A stretch of 64,000 bases of DNA. Source: Candidatus Poseidoniales archaeon (GTDB lineage: Archaea > Thermoplasmatota > Poseidoniia > MGIII > CG-Epi1). Shown here in pieces: positions 9,453-18,550 of this stretch. The stretch is from the NCBI GenBank assembly GCA_045567915.1, contig JBJLCA010000039.1, positions 1,879-65,878 on the forward strand, given 5' to 3'. The position numbers and the translations under genes were made by a program. The notes below the pieces were generated by a model, which made no database searches, was not told where the DNA came from, and saw only the letters and a list, made by a program, of their open reading frames with translations. The number at the start of each line of letters is the position of its first letter. Within the stretch, counting starts at the first letter, position 1.

Positions 9453-10967
9453 TTAGTAACTCTCCAATCTTTCAATAATAAATTCTTTGTCCATTGTTGC
9501 TAAGAAGAAGCCTAATCGAGGCCCTCTATCTTTGCCTAACAAAATGTTATATATTATTTTAAAGAATTTTTTAGCAGGTATTTGATTCTTCTCCTGCAAA
9601 TCATAAAAAGAATTATGTATGTTTTCAGGAGTCCATTCGATTTCTTTCATTTTCTCACTCAATAGTGAAATGCACTTTTTTTGTTCACTATTAAAATTAA
9701 TTTCAAGTTTTTCTTTTTGTATTTCAAAGATTACACTTTCAGGTGCATAGTTCTGAATCCACTGCTTTATGCAGTCGACTCTTGCTTTTAGTTTTACCTC
9801 ATCAATCTTGCTTGCTTCTCCAGTTCTTTTGAGTGCTTCTATTATTTCATCCAATTTGGTTTTAGATTGAGATAACGTTACAAGATGCTTGTAAGGTATA
9901 TTATTCGGTTTTTGTTCAGAGATTTCTTTAACTTGACTTAATTCAAATGCTCTTTTATCATTCTCTTCAAGCTCATCTTTATAGTATTCCTGCTCTGTCT
10001 TATCGTACCTATCTACAAGATTTAATAGTCCAAGACCAGGATCAAAATCAATATGTCTATTTGGTTGTGGCCTCATTACAATCCATCTTATAACTTCGGG
10101 TGGCGCCATTGTTAGCATCTCTTCAGCTGAAACAACTAGTCCTGTTGATGAATGCATTGCTCCCTTACCCTTTAAGTGAATCCACTCATATACTAAATCT
10201 AGTGGAGTTTTAGATTCCAAAATTTTTTCAGATAACTTTCTTCCAGTATCATAGCTTCCGCCTTTTGTTGCATGATCTTTTCCAAATGCTTCAAAAGTCA
10301 CTTTCAATATTTTCCATTTTGCAGGCCAGTCAAGTCTCCAGGGCAATTTCCCTTCCCCTTTTGACATATCATTTGTAACTTTATTCCCACTTTTATTCAG
10401 AAAAGTAACGTTAGGCCATTCAAGATTTACAACTTCTCCTTCTGTAAGAGTGCCATCATTATCAAGAAACGTCCATGGGAACCATTTTTTTGGTAACTGA
10501 CGTCCAGAGGTCTTCTCTAATATTTCTCGCGTTTTATCTTTGTTTTCAACGAACAGTTTTGTACATTCTGAAAAATCCCCTTGTTTATAAGAGTTGTAAT
10601 TTTCAACTACTTTTGGAAAAACACCCACAGTTTCTAATGATTTGAAAAATGGCCTTAAAAAGTATTGATCATAACTTCCATTTCCATCCGGGGCTGGTAT
10701 TTCTGCGAGAGGCATTCCAACATATTTGTTGTATATGCTAGAATCTAAAAAAGGATAAACTTTTCTTAAAGGATCTGCATTATCAGCAATATATATTAAT
10801 TCAGCCTTACCGCCTTTATCATTAACAGCCCTTACAATTGCATCAGCTGTAAGTATCTCTCTCATACTTCCAAGATGTATTGGTCCTGAGGGAGTTATCC
10901 CCGAGGAAATAACATGTCTCTTTCCGTCTTTCAACAGTTTTTCGGCAACTACGTCTGCCCAGTGCAT
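9453..10967 (-). CDS. lysK: lysine--tRNA ligase, class I (archaeal type)
   Basis: HIGH-type motif ITPSGPIHLGSMRE near the N-terminus with Rossmann-fold class I organisation. Length 504 aa. Confidence 0.85.
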   Translation of the reverse strand: MHWADVVAEKLLKDGKRHVISSGITPSGPIHLGSMREILTADAIVRAVNDKGGKAELIYIADNADPLRKVYPFLDSSIYNKYVGMPLAEIPAPDGNGSYDQYFLRPFFKSLETVGVFPKVVENYNSYKQGDFSECTKLFVENKDKTREILEKTSGRQLPKKWFPWTFLDNDGTLTEGEVVNLEWPNVTFLNKSGNKVTNDMSKGEGKLPWRLDWPAKWKILKVTFEAFGKDHATKGGSYDTGRKLSEKILESKTPLDLVYEWIHLKGKGAMHSSTGLVVSAEEMLTMAPPEVIRWIVMRPQPNRHIDFDPGLGLLNLVDRYDKTEQEYYKDELEENDKRAFELSQVKEISEQKPNNIPYKHLVTLSQSKTKLDEIIEALKRTGEASKIDEVKLKARVDCIKQWIQNYAPESVIFEIQKEKLEINFNSEQKKCISLLSEKMKEIEWTPENIHNSFYDLQEKNQIPAKKFFKIIYNILLGKDRGPRLGFFLATMDKEFIIERLESY

Positions 10968-10970
10968 TAC

Positions 10971-11573
10971 TTACTCTCTAACCGGTCTTGCACGAACTAG
11001 AGCTCTCAGTGGCACTTCATTAATTTCATCATCAGCTTTTTTATTTATTAGAACTATGGCTAAGACTGGTATTCCACCTTCTTTTTTCACAAAATCTATC
11101 ACTTCAGTTGTAGTAGATCCAGTACTTACTACATCATCTACGATTACAATATGCTTACCTTCTAATCCAGCGTAATTTGATGCATAATTAGTTTCATTTT
11201 CTTCACTTCTGCTCGGCCTTATCATTCCGAAGTCAAGTCCCAAAATATCTGAAATGATTGTAGCTAAAGGTACTCCATTGTTTGTAATTCCAGCTACCAT
11301 GTCCAGTTCAAATTGTCTATTTTCCTGTTCTTCTAGCACTACATCAGCCATTATTTCAGCAACTGCTTGCATTCTTGTACCAGATACACCTATGGTTCTC
11401 CATCCCACTTTTACGTCTGCAGGTATATTATCCGTAAAATTATCAGATGCTTGCTTAGCCAAAAGCCATTCAACAGTCGCTTGAGACAAATGCATCTCTT
11501 GGCTAATTTCTCTGGCAGAATGTCCTTTACTTTTCAATTCCTTAGCTTTAGCGGACATCTTTTCTATAGACAT
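10971..11573 (-). CDS. HTH + phosphoribosyltransferase-domain transcriptional regulator (GfcR/PyrE-like)
   Basis: N-terminal HTH (GHSAREISQEMHLSQATVEWLL) fused to a PRTase fold with the PRPP-binding motif VIVDDVVSTGSTTTE. Confidence 0.6.
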   Translation of the reverse strand: MSIEKMSAKAKELKSKGHSAREISQEMHLSQATVEWLLAKQASDNFTDNIPADVKVGWRTIGVSGTRMQAVAEIMADVVLEEQENRQFELDMVAGITNNGVPLATIISDILGLDFGMIRPSRSEENETNYASNYAGLEGKHIVIVDDVVSTGSTTTEVIDFVKKEGGIPVLAIVLINKKADDEINEVPLRALVRARPVRE

Positions 11574-11624
11574 AAAATTACCTCAGCTGTTTTGTATTTA
11601 AGAATTTCCTACAAAATGTAAATA

Positions 11625-11640
11625 TCAAATCTTAAATACA
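11625..11640 (+). promoter_or_regulatory. putative BRE/TATA box for rps8e-srp19, leaderless
   Basis: cttaaataca lies ~26-34 nt upstream of the rps8e ATG (11665). That is typical spacing for a leaderless archaeal transcript. Confidence 0.3.
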
Positions 11641-11664
11641 ATACTCTTGTGCAAACGAATAGAC

Positions 11665-12048
11665 ATGGCACTTTGGCAAGGAAAATCTAAGAGAAAATCT
11701 ACTGGAGGAAGGCTTTCTCCGCACAGCAGCAAGAAGAGATACGAAATAGGTCGTGAGCTTCAGCAAGCTAAGGTTGGTGAATTTACCAAGAAAGTAGCTA
11801 GAGCAAGAGGCGGAGGTAGAAAAGATAGGCTTTTGAAAACAGAATCAGTCTCTCTTACAGATCCAAAGTCTGGAAAAACTGCAGTTTCTAAAATTATAGA
11901 GGTCGTAGAAAATAGTGCAAATCCTAATTATGTTAGGCAGAATATAATTACCAAAGGATCTATTATTTCTACAGAAAAAGGTAATGCAAAAGTAACCTCG
12001 AGACCAGGTCAACACGGTATGGTTAATGCAGTACTAATGAAAGATTGA
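11665..12048 (+). CDS. rps8e: 30S ribosomal protein S8e
   Basis: MALWQGKSKRKSTGGR is the conserved S8e N-terminus. I used the ATG at 11665 rather than the track's alternative upstream start. Confidence 0.85.
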   Translation: MALWQGKSKRKSTGGRLSPHSSKKRYEIGRELQQAKVGEFTKKVARARGGGRKDRLLKTESVSLTDPKSGKTAVSKIIEVVENSANPNYVRQNIITKGSIISTEKGNAKVTSRPGQHGMVNAVLMKD

Positions 12049-12335
12049 TGTCTTCAAAAAAACCTGTAGTAATTTACCCTGAATACTTTGATCATAGACT
12101 AAAGAGATCTGAAGGTCGTAAAGTACCTCTTTCCGAAGCCGTTAAATCACCAAATATTGAAGAATTATCAAGTATATTGTCTAATTTAGGTTGTGACTTT
12201 CAAATAAGCAAGTCTAGTCATCCAAGTAATTGGTCTAAAACGGAAGGTTCACTGAAAGTAAATGCAGACTTTAGTAAAACCCAATTAATTCATAAGTTGG
12301 GTTCGAGTTTGAAAAAATTACGGCAAACTAATTAA
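12048..12335 (+). CDS. srp19: signal recognition particle protein SRP19
   Basis: VIYPEYFDHRLKRSEGRKVP matches the SRP19 signature. Start ATG at 12048 overlaps the rps8e stop (TGATG). Confidence 0.8.
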   Translation: MSSKKPVVIYPEYFDHRLKRSEGRKVPLSEAVKSPNIEELSSILSNLGCDFQISKSSHPSNWSKTEGSLKVNADFSKTQLIHKLGSSLKKLRQTN

Positions 12336-12905
12336 TTACCAAGGTTCATTTTTTACGCCGATTCTGTAGCCAATAATATTCACACCTCGATGTAGGAATG
12401 GGGTAAGAACTAGTATTGTGAAAAGAGGCACCCATCCATCTATAATCCATGAAAGAAGCCAATCTCGCTGAAAAATAAGACATAATAGAAGCGACATAAA
12501 TATGAAATCATACATATCTAAAAGTGCAAATTTCTCTCCTCTCTGAAGGTTTTGTCTTCTTTTGTAGAAAGAAGCAGCCATATCACCAAACAAAGCACCA
12601 AAAGATAGCAAGAAGAATATTGAAATCATAGTAAGAAAATCAGTCCCCCATGGATATTGGTAATTATTTCTTAACAAAAGATGTAGGCCATATCCAACAA
12701 TAAGTCCCCCAATAGTGCCGCCAATTAGTCCACTCCAAGTTTTCCCATCTCCCAAGATTCGGTTTCCATCACTGTACAATTTTCCTTGATCGATGGGATA
12801 TCTTCCGCCTGTTAAAACTGCAATTGTATTTGATAAATAGGCCGGCGCCATAATTAGTAGGACAACAAAGATACACTCAAGAACAGAGTATGATTCTAAA
12901 TTCAC
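12336..12905 (-). CDS. carS: CDP-archaeol synthase CarS (DUF46 family) candidate
   Basis: ~190-aa polytopic membrane protein. Motifs LTGGRYPIDQGK and GDGKTWSG resemble the CTP-transferase signature of CarS. GTG start. Confidence 0.5.
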   Translation of the reverse strand: MNLESYSVLECIFVVLLIMAPAYLSNTIAVLTGGRYPIDQGKLYSDGNRILGDGKTWSGLIGGTIGGLIVGYGLHLLLRNNYQYPWGTDFLTMISIFFLLSFGALFGDMAASFYKRRQNLQRGEKFALLDMYDFIFMSLLLCLIFQRDWLLSWIIDGWVPLFTILVLTPFLHRGVNIIGYRIGVKNEPW

Positions 12906-13846
12906 TATTTCCCGCCCAATTCACTCTTTAGATTCTCAATTACTTCAACAGGAGTTGGATCTACACCATTTAGTTTTGCGAGCTCAATAGATACCATGTC
13001 TCCAGTGTAAATAGTTTCGAGCATTTTAGCTAACTGGTTGTCAGATTTTGCGAATATTTCCACTAATTTTATATTATTCCAGGCTGTATTTTTGAGAGCC
13101 TCAAATCGGTTTCTTATCTTATCATCTTCATTTTCCTTTCTGATAAGAACTGGTATCATTTTTGGATTTGAATTTGTCCATCCCACAATTTCATTATGGT
13201 TCATTTCAGGTATGACATGATTGAATGCTAATTGCTTTGCATTCTCCTGAATTTGGCATCTCAATCGATATCCAACAGGTTCAAGTGAAGGTTCGGTGTA
13301 GATGCATGGTACTTTACCGAGTAAATTTGAAGCAATATTTTTGATTATATTTTTATCGTAATCCTTTTCGGAGACTTCTTCCACTATTTTTTCTATATTT
13401 GGTATACTTAGTTTGCACATTAAAGGTTTCAGTAATAGAGGCAAAGCAGCCCTAGGCTGATGCCCACTTTCAATTATCGTCTTATCCCAATTATTTTTGT
13501 CTGCTAAATCACCTAATTTACCGCCAGTGGTTATAACTTCTATTTTACAGCCTTTAGAGTGGGCTTCTTTCGCAGCGGAGAGCGTTTCTGCAGTATTCCC
13601 AGAATAGGATATACAAATCACATTATCTTTAGATGAAATCCATGCAGGAATTCCATAGTTGTTCCAAGCAAATATTTCACCTATATTATTATAATTAGCC
13701 AAAGTTTCCATAATTCTTCCACCAATCCCTGAACCTCCCATCCCTGAGATTAATATTTTGTTAGGATATTTGACACCTTCCACAATAATTTTTTCATTGA
13801 GCATATTGAGAAAGTTTTTTGTATCTTCTTCGATAATTGTTCCCAT
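12905..13846 (-). CDS. bifunctional phosphoglucose/phosphomannose isomerase (SIS domain, archaeal PGI/PMI family)
   Basis: ILISGMGGSGIGGRI and SYSGNTAETL are SIS-domain motifs typical of the archaeal PGI/PMI family. ~313 aa. Confidence 0.8.
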   Translation of the reverse strand: MGTIIEEDTKNFLNMLNEKIIVEGVKYPNKILISGMGGSGIGGRIMETLANYNNIGEIFAWNNYGIPAWISSKDNVICISYSGNTAETLSAAKEAHSKGCKIEVITTGGKLGDLADKNNWDKTIIESGHQPRAALPLLLKPLMCKLSIPNIEKIVEEVSEKDYDKNIIKNIASNLLGKVPCIYTEPSLEPVGYRLRCQIQENAKQLAFNHVIPEMNHNEIVGWTNSNPKMIPVLIRKENEDDKIRNRFEALKNTAWNNIKLVEIFAKSDNQLAKMLETIYTGDMVSIELAKLNGVDPTPVEVIENLKSELGGK

Positions 13847-13963
13847 ACAAGCTTATCATAACAATATGCTATTAAAGGCTAAATTTTATATTTTTGCCAT
13901 CCGAAGCCTTTTATTACCCATTATTATAGGAAACATGTTCTTCAGAGAGCTTAGAGGTAAAAA

Positions 13964-15373
13964 ATGTCAAATAAAAGTATGTCAAAAATGGATATGCGAA
14001 GTGCAATTGTAGCTTTTTCAGTTGTAGCTATGTTAGTAGTATCATTTGGAGTTAGTAATGTAGATGCAGCAGCATCTCCAGTTTCTTTGACTTCAGATAT
14101 CTCTTCAGCAGATATAATGAAAGGTGACTATGTCATAGCAACGATAACAGTTAGCAGTAGCGATAATACTTATCGTAAGATGGAAGTTAAACTCACTGCA
14201 AATTTCCCTAGTGGAATTTCATGGGGTACTATGTTTTTAGATACTGACGAAAATCCTATTTCTGGCGACATGGTTTCCTTGGGTAAACAAGATTCAACAA
14301 CTGTCAAGTTAGCAATTTTCTGTGATGGAGTTTGCGAAGCTGGAGATACTAACACAGTTCAAGTTTATGGTCAAACAGATCCACGTTGGTATGATGGTGG
14401 TGCAGACGGTGATAATTGTGGAAGTACAGACTGCGAAACAGATACAAGTCCCGCATCTAGTTCATCAAATGTTACAAATACACTTTCAATTTCTTTGACT
14501 GCAAGAACTGGTGGATCACACACAGTGGTCTGTGACGCAGCTTCAAGTGAAGGTACTAATCAAATGTTCCATGGTTCGACCTATCAATGGGGATATGATT
14601 TAACTAACACAGGCTGGAACACCGATACTTACACATTTGCGATTTCAGTAAATACGAAAGCTGGAGCTACTGTATCCGATTGGACAGCAAATGCAGGTCT
14701 TAGCACCAAAGAATTGACAGGTCAGAGCGATACTTCAAGTAGCGCAGTTCATGCAGCAGAAGCTAGTATGTCTCTCAAAATTTCAGATACTGCTAGACCT
14801 GGCGTTTATACAATTGGCCTTCTGGTTACAGGTACAAATTCAGGTAATGTTGAAGGTTGTACTTTTGATGTAGTTGTTCCTGAACCTGATCTAGAAGTTT
14901 TGGATACAGACATATCTTTTAGTCACTCTAGTGCATGGATTAATTCTAGGGGCGATTCTCAGAGAGTTACCATTTACGCCAAGATAAGAAATAACGGCGG
15001 GACTATGGATTCAGAGGGTGTACCAGTCACAGACGTAGACGTTATTTTCCTTGTAGATGGATCACAATTAGGTTCAGTGCAGACTATTAGCAGTTTAGAT
15101 TATCAAGAAGAAGTTACACTTCAAGCTTTCTGGAATCCAGGTAGAGCTCATGACAGTAATGAAGTAGGTATACCAATCAAAGTATCTGTGGATCCAAGTG
15201 TTAGCGTTCAAGAAAGTGACGCAGATAATAATATTGGTTCAACACATTTCAAAGTAGTAAAGACTAAAGCAAGCAATCCTTCATTTTACATGAGTTTCTT
15301 GTCACTTGTTGGTGCAGTTGGTGCAGCAGTATTGATGTCAACTTATTATAGAAATAAAGATTTAGAAGAATAA
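13964..15373 (+). CDS. secreted surface protein with CARDB-like domain and C-terminal TM anchor
   Basis: Signal peptide (AIVAFSVVAMLVVSFGVSNVDAAA). S/T-rich with many N-x-S/T sequons. CARDB-like segment PDLEVLDTDISFS...TIYAKIRNNGG. C-terminal hydrophobic anchor LSLVGAVGAAVLM then YYRNKDLEE. Confidence 0.5.
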   Translation: MSNKSMSKMDMRSAIVAFSVVAMLVVSFGVSNVDAAASPVSLTSDISSADIMKGDYVIATITVSSSDNTYRKMEVKLTANFPSGISWGTMFLDTDENPISGDMVSLGKQDSTTVKLAIFCDGVCEAGDTNTVQVYGQTDPRWYDGGADGDNCGSTDCETDTSPASSSSNVTNTLSISLTARTGGSHTVVCDAASSEGTNQMFHGSTYQWGYDLTNTGWNTDTYTFAISVNTKAGATVSDWTANAGLSTKELTGQSDTSSSAVHAAEASMSLKISDTARPGVYTIGLLVTGTNSGNVEGCTFDVVVPEPDLEVLDTDISFSHSSAWINSRGDSQRVTIYAKIRNNGGTMDSEGVPVTDVDVIFLVDGSQLGSVQTISSLDYQEEVTLQAFWNPGRAHDSNEVGIPIKVSVDPSVSVQESDADNNIGSTHFKVVKTKASNPSFYMSFLSLVGAVGAAVLMSTYYRNKDLEE

Positions 15374-15390
15374 TTCGAGTCTTTTTGTAG

Positions 15391-17172
15391 ATGAAAAAAG
15401 CCCTAACAGGTCCAGATATTGGCCACTTAGTCAAGGGATGGCAGCCTTTAATCGGTTCACGTGTAGATCAATTTGGTCGGCCAGAGTTAAATAAAATAGT
15501 TCTCAAATTACGTTCAAGAGAAAAGGGCACTGTAAGATTACTAATTGATTTGTCAGGTTGGGCCTACCTTACCAGGGAAACAATAAGCACAGAATCAAAT
15601 CAAGGAGTTTTCGTTCAAAAGGTTCGTAAGCTTATTAAGAAATCTAGAATTGAATCAATAGAGCAAATAAATGGAGATAGAATATTATCGGTTTCATTTA
15701 TAAGAAAAGAGCAAAAAGTAAATTTAATTTTTGAAATGTTCCATAAAGGTAACATAGTATTGTGTACAGATGATAAAATATCTGCCGTAATGAGGAAACA
15801 GAAATTTAGGCATAGGTCCCTCGAAGCCGGATTACCATATCAATCACCGCCAAGTATTGATCCCTTTGCTGTTGATTATGATACTTTCAAAAATAAGCTA
15901 ATTAGCTCTCAAAGAGGCTTAGGTGCTGCATTGACAATTGATTGTAATGTTGGCGGAGACATATCGACATTAATATGTAATAATTTAGATATTGGTAAAG
16001 ATGTTAGTATTTCAGAGGCATCAGTCCAAGAGATATATGATGAATTGAAAAGAATTTTAAATGAAGTTATAGAGCCGACTATCTTTCTTGATTCAGAAGG
16101 GAATAATTTTACAGTTTCCTCATTTGATTTAGGTATGAATTCAAAGGAAACTTTTTCATCTCTTGATGAGGCAGTGGAGAGATATGTTTCTAGTATTGTA
16201 GTATTAAAGAAAGAAGTTAAGAGTTCAGATGAAGTCCGTGTAGACCATCAGAACAAAGCAATAGAAAAATATATTTTGAAGTCTAAAGATTTTAGAGAAA
16301 AGGGTAATACTGTTTTTTCCAGATTAAATGAAATTAGAGAGATGATTGACTATGAGAATGATGACGATGAAGTAGTAATTAAGATAGGTGATAGTAATAT
16401 CTGGATTGATAAGAGAAAGTCGCTTGAAGCAAATGCCTCCTCGTATTTTGACAAATCTAAGGAAATGGATAGGAAGGCTGAAAGGACAAGAGAAGTCATA
16501 GCATCTAAACCAATTTCAAAGCCCAAAAAGAAAATAGTGAAGAATCAGAATCTTGAGTGGTTCGAGCGTTTCAGATGGTTTATAACTACAGATGGAGAAA
16601 TTGCAGTTGGAGGCAAGGATGCTAGATCTAATGAGCAGGTTGTTAAGAAGTATTTAAAAAATAACGACAGATATGCTCACGCTGACATTCACGGAGCTCC
16701 TAGTATTGTTGTTAAAAATATCAATGGAACTCAACCATCAGAACAATCAATGCTAGAAGCTTGTAATTTCAGTTTATCTTATAGTAAAGCATGGGGTGCT
16801 CGAGTATCTGGAGGTCATTCATTTTGGGTAGAGAATGACAAGGTTTCTAAGACGCCTAATACAGGTGAATTCCTTGCAAAAGGTGCATTTGTTATTAGGG
16901 GAAAAAGAAATTGGCACCGTAATCTTGAGCTGAATGTGGCGATTGGCCTGATTTCATACGATGGTAATTTGAAATTTATGGGTGGGCCAATAAGTTCAAT
17001 TGAGAAGCATTCAGAAAAATATGTGATTTTTAGGCCAGGTTTTACGGAAAGAAAGATAGTTATTCGTAAACTTTCTGAGGCATTTAGTGCAGAATCCACT
17101 GATATTGAAAAATTGTTACCAAGCGGCGGATTTGATTTGGTAAGATCTAAAGGTATTGAACTGAAATTATAG
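15391..17172 (+). CDS. NFACT-family protein (FbpA/Rqc2/NEMF homologue; ribosome quality control)
   Basis: N-terminal NFACT-N and coiled-coil, then the NFACT-R/DUF814 motif YAHADIHGAPSIVVKN. 593 aa, typical of archaeal Rqc2 homologues. Confidence 0.75.
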   Translation: MKKALTGPDIGHLVKGWQPLIGSRVDQFGRPELNKIVLKLRSREKGTVRLLIDLSGWAYLTRETISTESNQGVFVQKVRKLIKKSRIESIEQINGDRILSVSFIRKEQKVNLIFEMFHKGNIVLCTDDKISAVMRKQKFRHRSLEAGLPYQSPPSIDPFAVDYDTFKNKLISSQRGLGAALTIDCNVGGDISTLICNNLDIGKDVSISEASVQEIYDELKRILNEVIEPTIFLDSEGNNFTVSSFDLGMNSKETFSSLDEAVERYVSSIVVLKKEVKSSDEVRVDHQNKAIEKYILKSKDFREKGNTVFSRLNEIREMIDYENDDDEVVIKIGDSNIWIDKRKSLEANASSYFDKSKEMDRKAERTREVIASKPISKPKKKIVKNQNLEWFERFRWFITTDGEIAVGGKDARSNEQVVKKYLKNNDRYAHADIHGAPSIVVKNINGTQPSEQSMLEACNFSLSYSKAWGARVSGGHSFWVENDKVSKTPNTGEFLAKGAFVIRGKRNWHRNLELNVAIGLISYDGNLKFMGGPISSIEKHSEKYVIFRPGFTERKIVIRKLSEAFSAESTDIEKLLPSGGFDLVRSKGIELKL

Positions 17173-17220
17173 ATTACAGTTTATGCAGCTGTGATAATCT
17201 ATTTTGTAGAATTGAATAAG

Positions 17221-17307
17221 TGGTGCGGGGGGAGGGATTTGAACCCTCGTACCACTAAGGACAAGGCCCTCAACCTTGCGCAATTGGCCTGGCTATGCGA
17301 CCCTCGC
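17221..17307 (-). tRNA. tRNA-Leu (anticodon GAG), type II with long variable arm
   Basis: Reverse complement GCGAGGGTCGCATAGCCAGGCCAATTGCGCAAGGTTGAGGGCCTTGTCCTTAGTGGTACGAGGGTTCAAATCCCTCCCCCCGCACCA. T-loop TTCAAAT. Anticodon stem CAAGG/CCTTG with loop TTGAGGG. 3' CCA is encoded. One A4-C69 mismatch in the acceptor stem. Confidence 0.75.
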
Positions 17308-17309
17308 AC

Positions 17310-18167
17310 TTATGCGGCAGCGTCAATACTGGTCATGAAATCTTTACAATGTGTATCCAAAGATTTCAGTGCTTGCTCTAGAGCTAATTTAGCTTCCATT
17401 GCACCAGTCGTTTCAAATTCTAAAATAAAGTGTGTTTTGTTACGTGTAACAGTCATAGCATTATTTGCATCTTCATCATTCCATAATGATTCTAATTTCT
17501 TAATTGCTTCGTGAGCTGCAACAGGATCTTCAATAACGTGATTCTTACCTTTCTTTTTGAAATGTTCTTTGCCTACAGTATCAATGACAGTTTTGCTACC
17601 TTTTCCGGAAGAAACAGTTAGTGTTGGCGCCTGGTAAAATCTAGGAGCTACTGCAGTTTGCCACTTTGCGTGCTGCTTTGCAGTTCCCATTTTTGCTTTT
17701 GCATAGACTAGAATAGCTTGTCCTTCAGCAAGCTTTACAATAGGAACACTTGTCTCAGGAATGACTAAAGATGAATCGCCATTTACGGGTTCTAAGTCTC
17801 CAGAATAAACAGTGCATGGGCCTTGTTTATGTAAGGAATACATAATGTCAGGTTGTTTTGAATCATCACCTATGCTACCGCCAAAAGCTTCGACAGTTTT
17901 TTCATCAGTTGGTATAGGTAACATTCCGATACGATGTGCTACAATTTCATTGAACATTGCACTAATTGATTCATATTCTTTTTCTTCACCACTTTCTTCG
18001 TCGATATAAGCTCCTAATGAACCCATGTGAAAGTCAACTTCATGTATAGCTAAGCAAGGAACCATAGAAACTAAAGATCTACGAATTGAATTAACAAATG
18101 AATAGTTTACATCTTCAAATTCCACTTGTGCAAAGTATTTTTCACTTTTTCTTAATTTTACTTTCAT
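17310..18167 (-). CDS. rpoD: DNA-directed RNA polymerase subunit D (Rpo3)
   Basis: N-terminus VEFEDVNYSFVNSIRRSLVSMVP is the conserved Rpo3/RpoD signature. It sits in the canonical S13-S4-S11-rpoD cluster. No cysteines, so no Fe-S domain. Confidence 0.85.
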   Translation of the reverse strand: MKVKLRKSEKYFAQVEFEDVNYSFVNSIRRSLVSMVPCLAIHEVDFHMGSLGAYIDEESGEEKEYESISAMFNEIVAHRIGMLPIPTDEKTVEAFGGSIGDDSKQPDIMYSLHKQGPCTVYSGDLEPVNGDSSLVIPETSVPIVKLAEGQAILVYAKAKMGTAKQHAKWQTAVAPRFYQAPTLTVSSGKGSKTVIDTVGKEHFKKKGKNHVIEDPVAAHEAIKKLESLWNDEDANNAMTVTRNKTHFILEFETTGAMEAKLALEQALKSLDTHCKDFMTSIDAAA

Positions 18168-18550
18168 TAAACTCTCCTACCTCTTCTACCGCCTTTAGCT
18201 TTTCCACCATCGTGCGGAATTGGTGTAACATCATCAATGCGTGAAATAGTCATACCTGCCCTAGCCAATGTACGAATTGCAGCTTGAGCTCCAGGACCAG
18301 GAGTCCCTCCTCTTTTGCCTCCGGCACCTCTCAGCTTAACATGAACTTCCTTTATTCCTCTTTCTTGTAAAGCCTCAGCAACTTGTCCAGCAGCTAGCAT
18401 AGCTGCATGTGGTCTTGATTCCTCTCTTTGTGACCTTACTACCATACCTCCAGAGCATTTTGCAATAGTTTCAGCTCCAGTAGAATCAGTAGCTGTAATA
18501 ATTATGTTATTGTGTGATGCAAATATATGTGCAACCGCCCATTTATCCAT
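18167..18550 (-). CDS. rps11: 30S ribosomal protein S11
   Basis: [16 protein letters not shown]...GMVVRS and the C-terminal [12 protein letters not shown] are S11 hallmarks. Confidence 0.9.
   Translation of the reverse strand: MDKWAVAHIFASHNNIIITATDSTGAETIAKCSGGMVVRSQREESRPHAAMLAAGQVAEALQERGIKEVHVKLRGAGGKRGGTPGPGAQAAIRTLARAGMTISRIDDVTPIPHDGGKAKGGRRGRRV

Noticed and set aside
11254-11621. + strand ORFs 11254..11484 and 11367..11621
   Set aside because: Antisense to or overlapping the GfcR-like regulator gene and its upstream region. No motifs.
17191-17514. 107-aa + ORF
   Set aside because: It spans the tRNA-Leu gene and then runs antisense to rpoD. The sequence is low complexity. Spurious.
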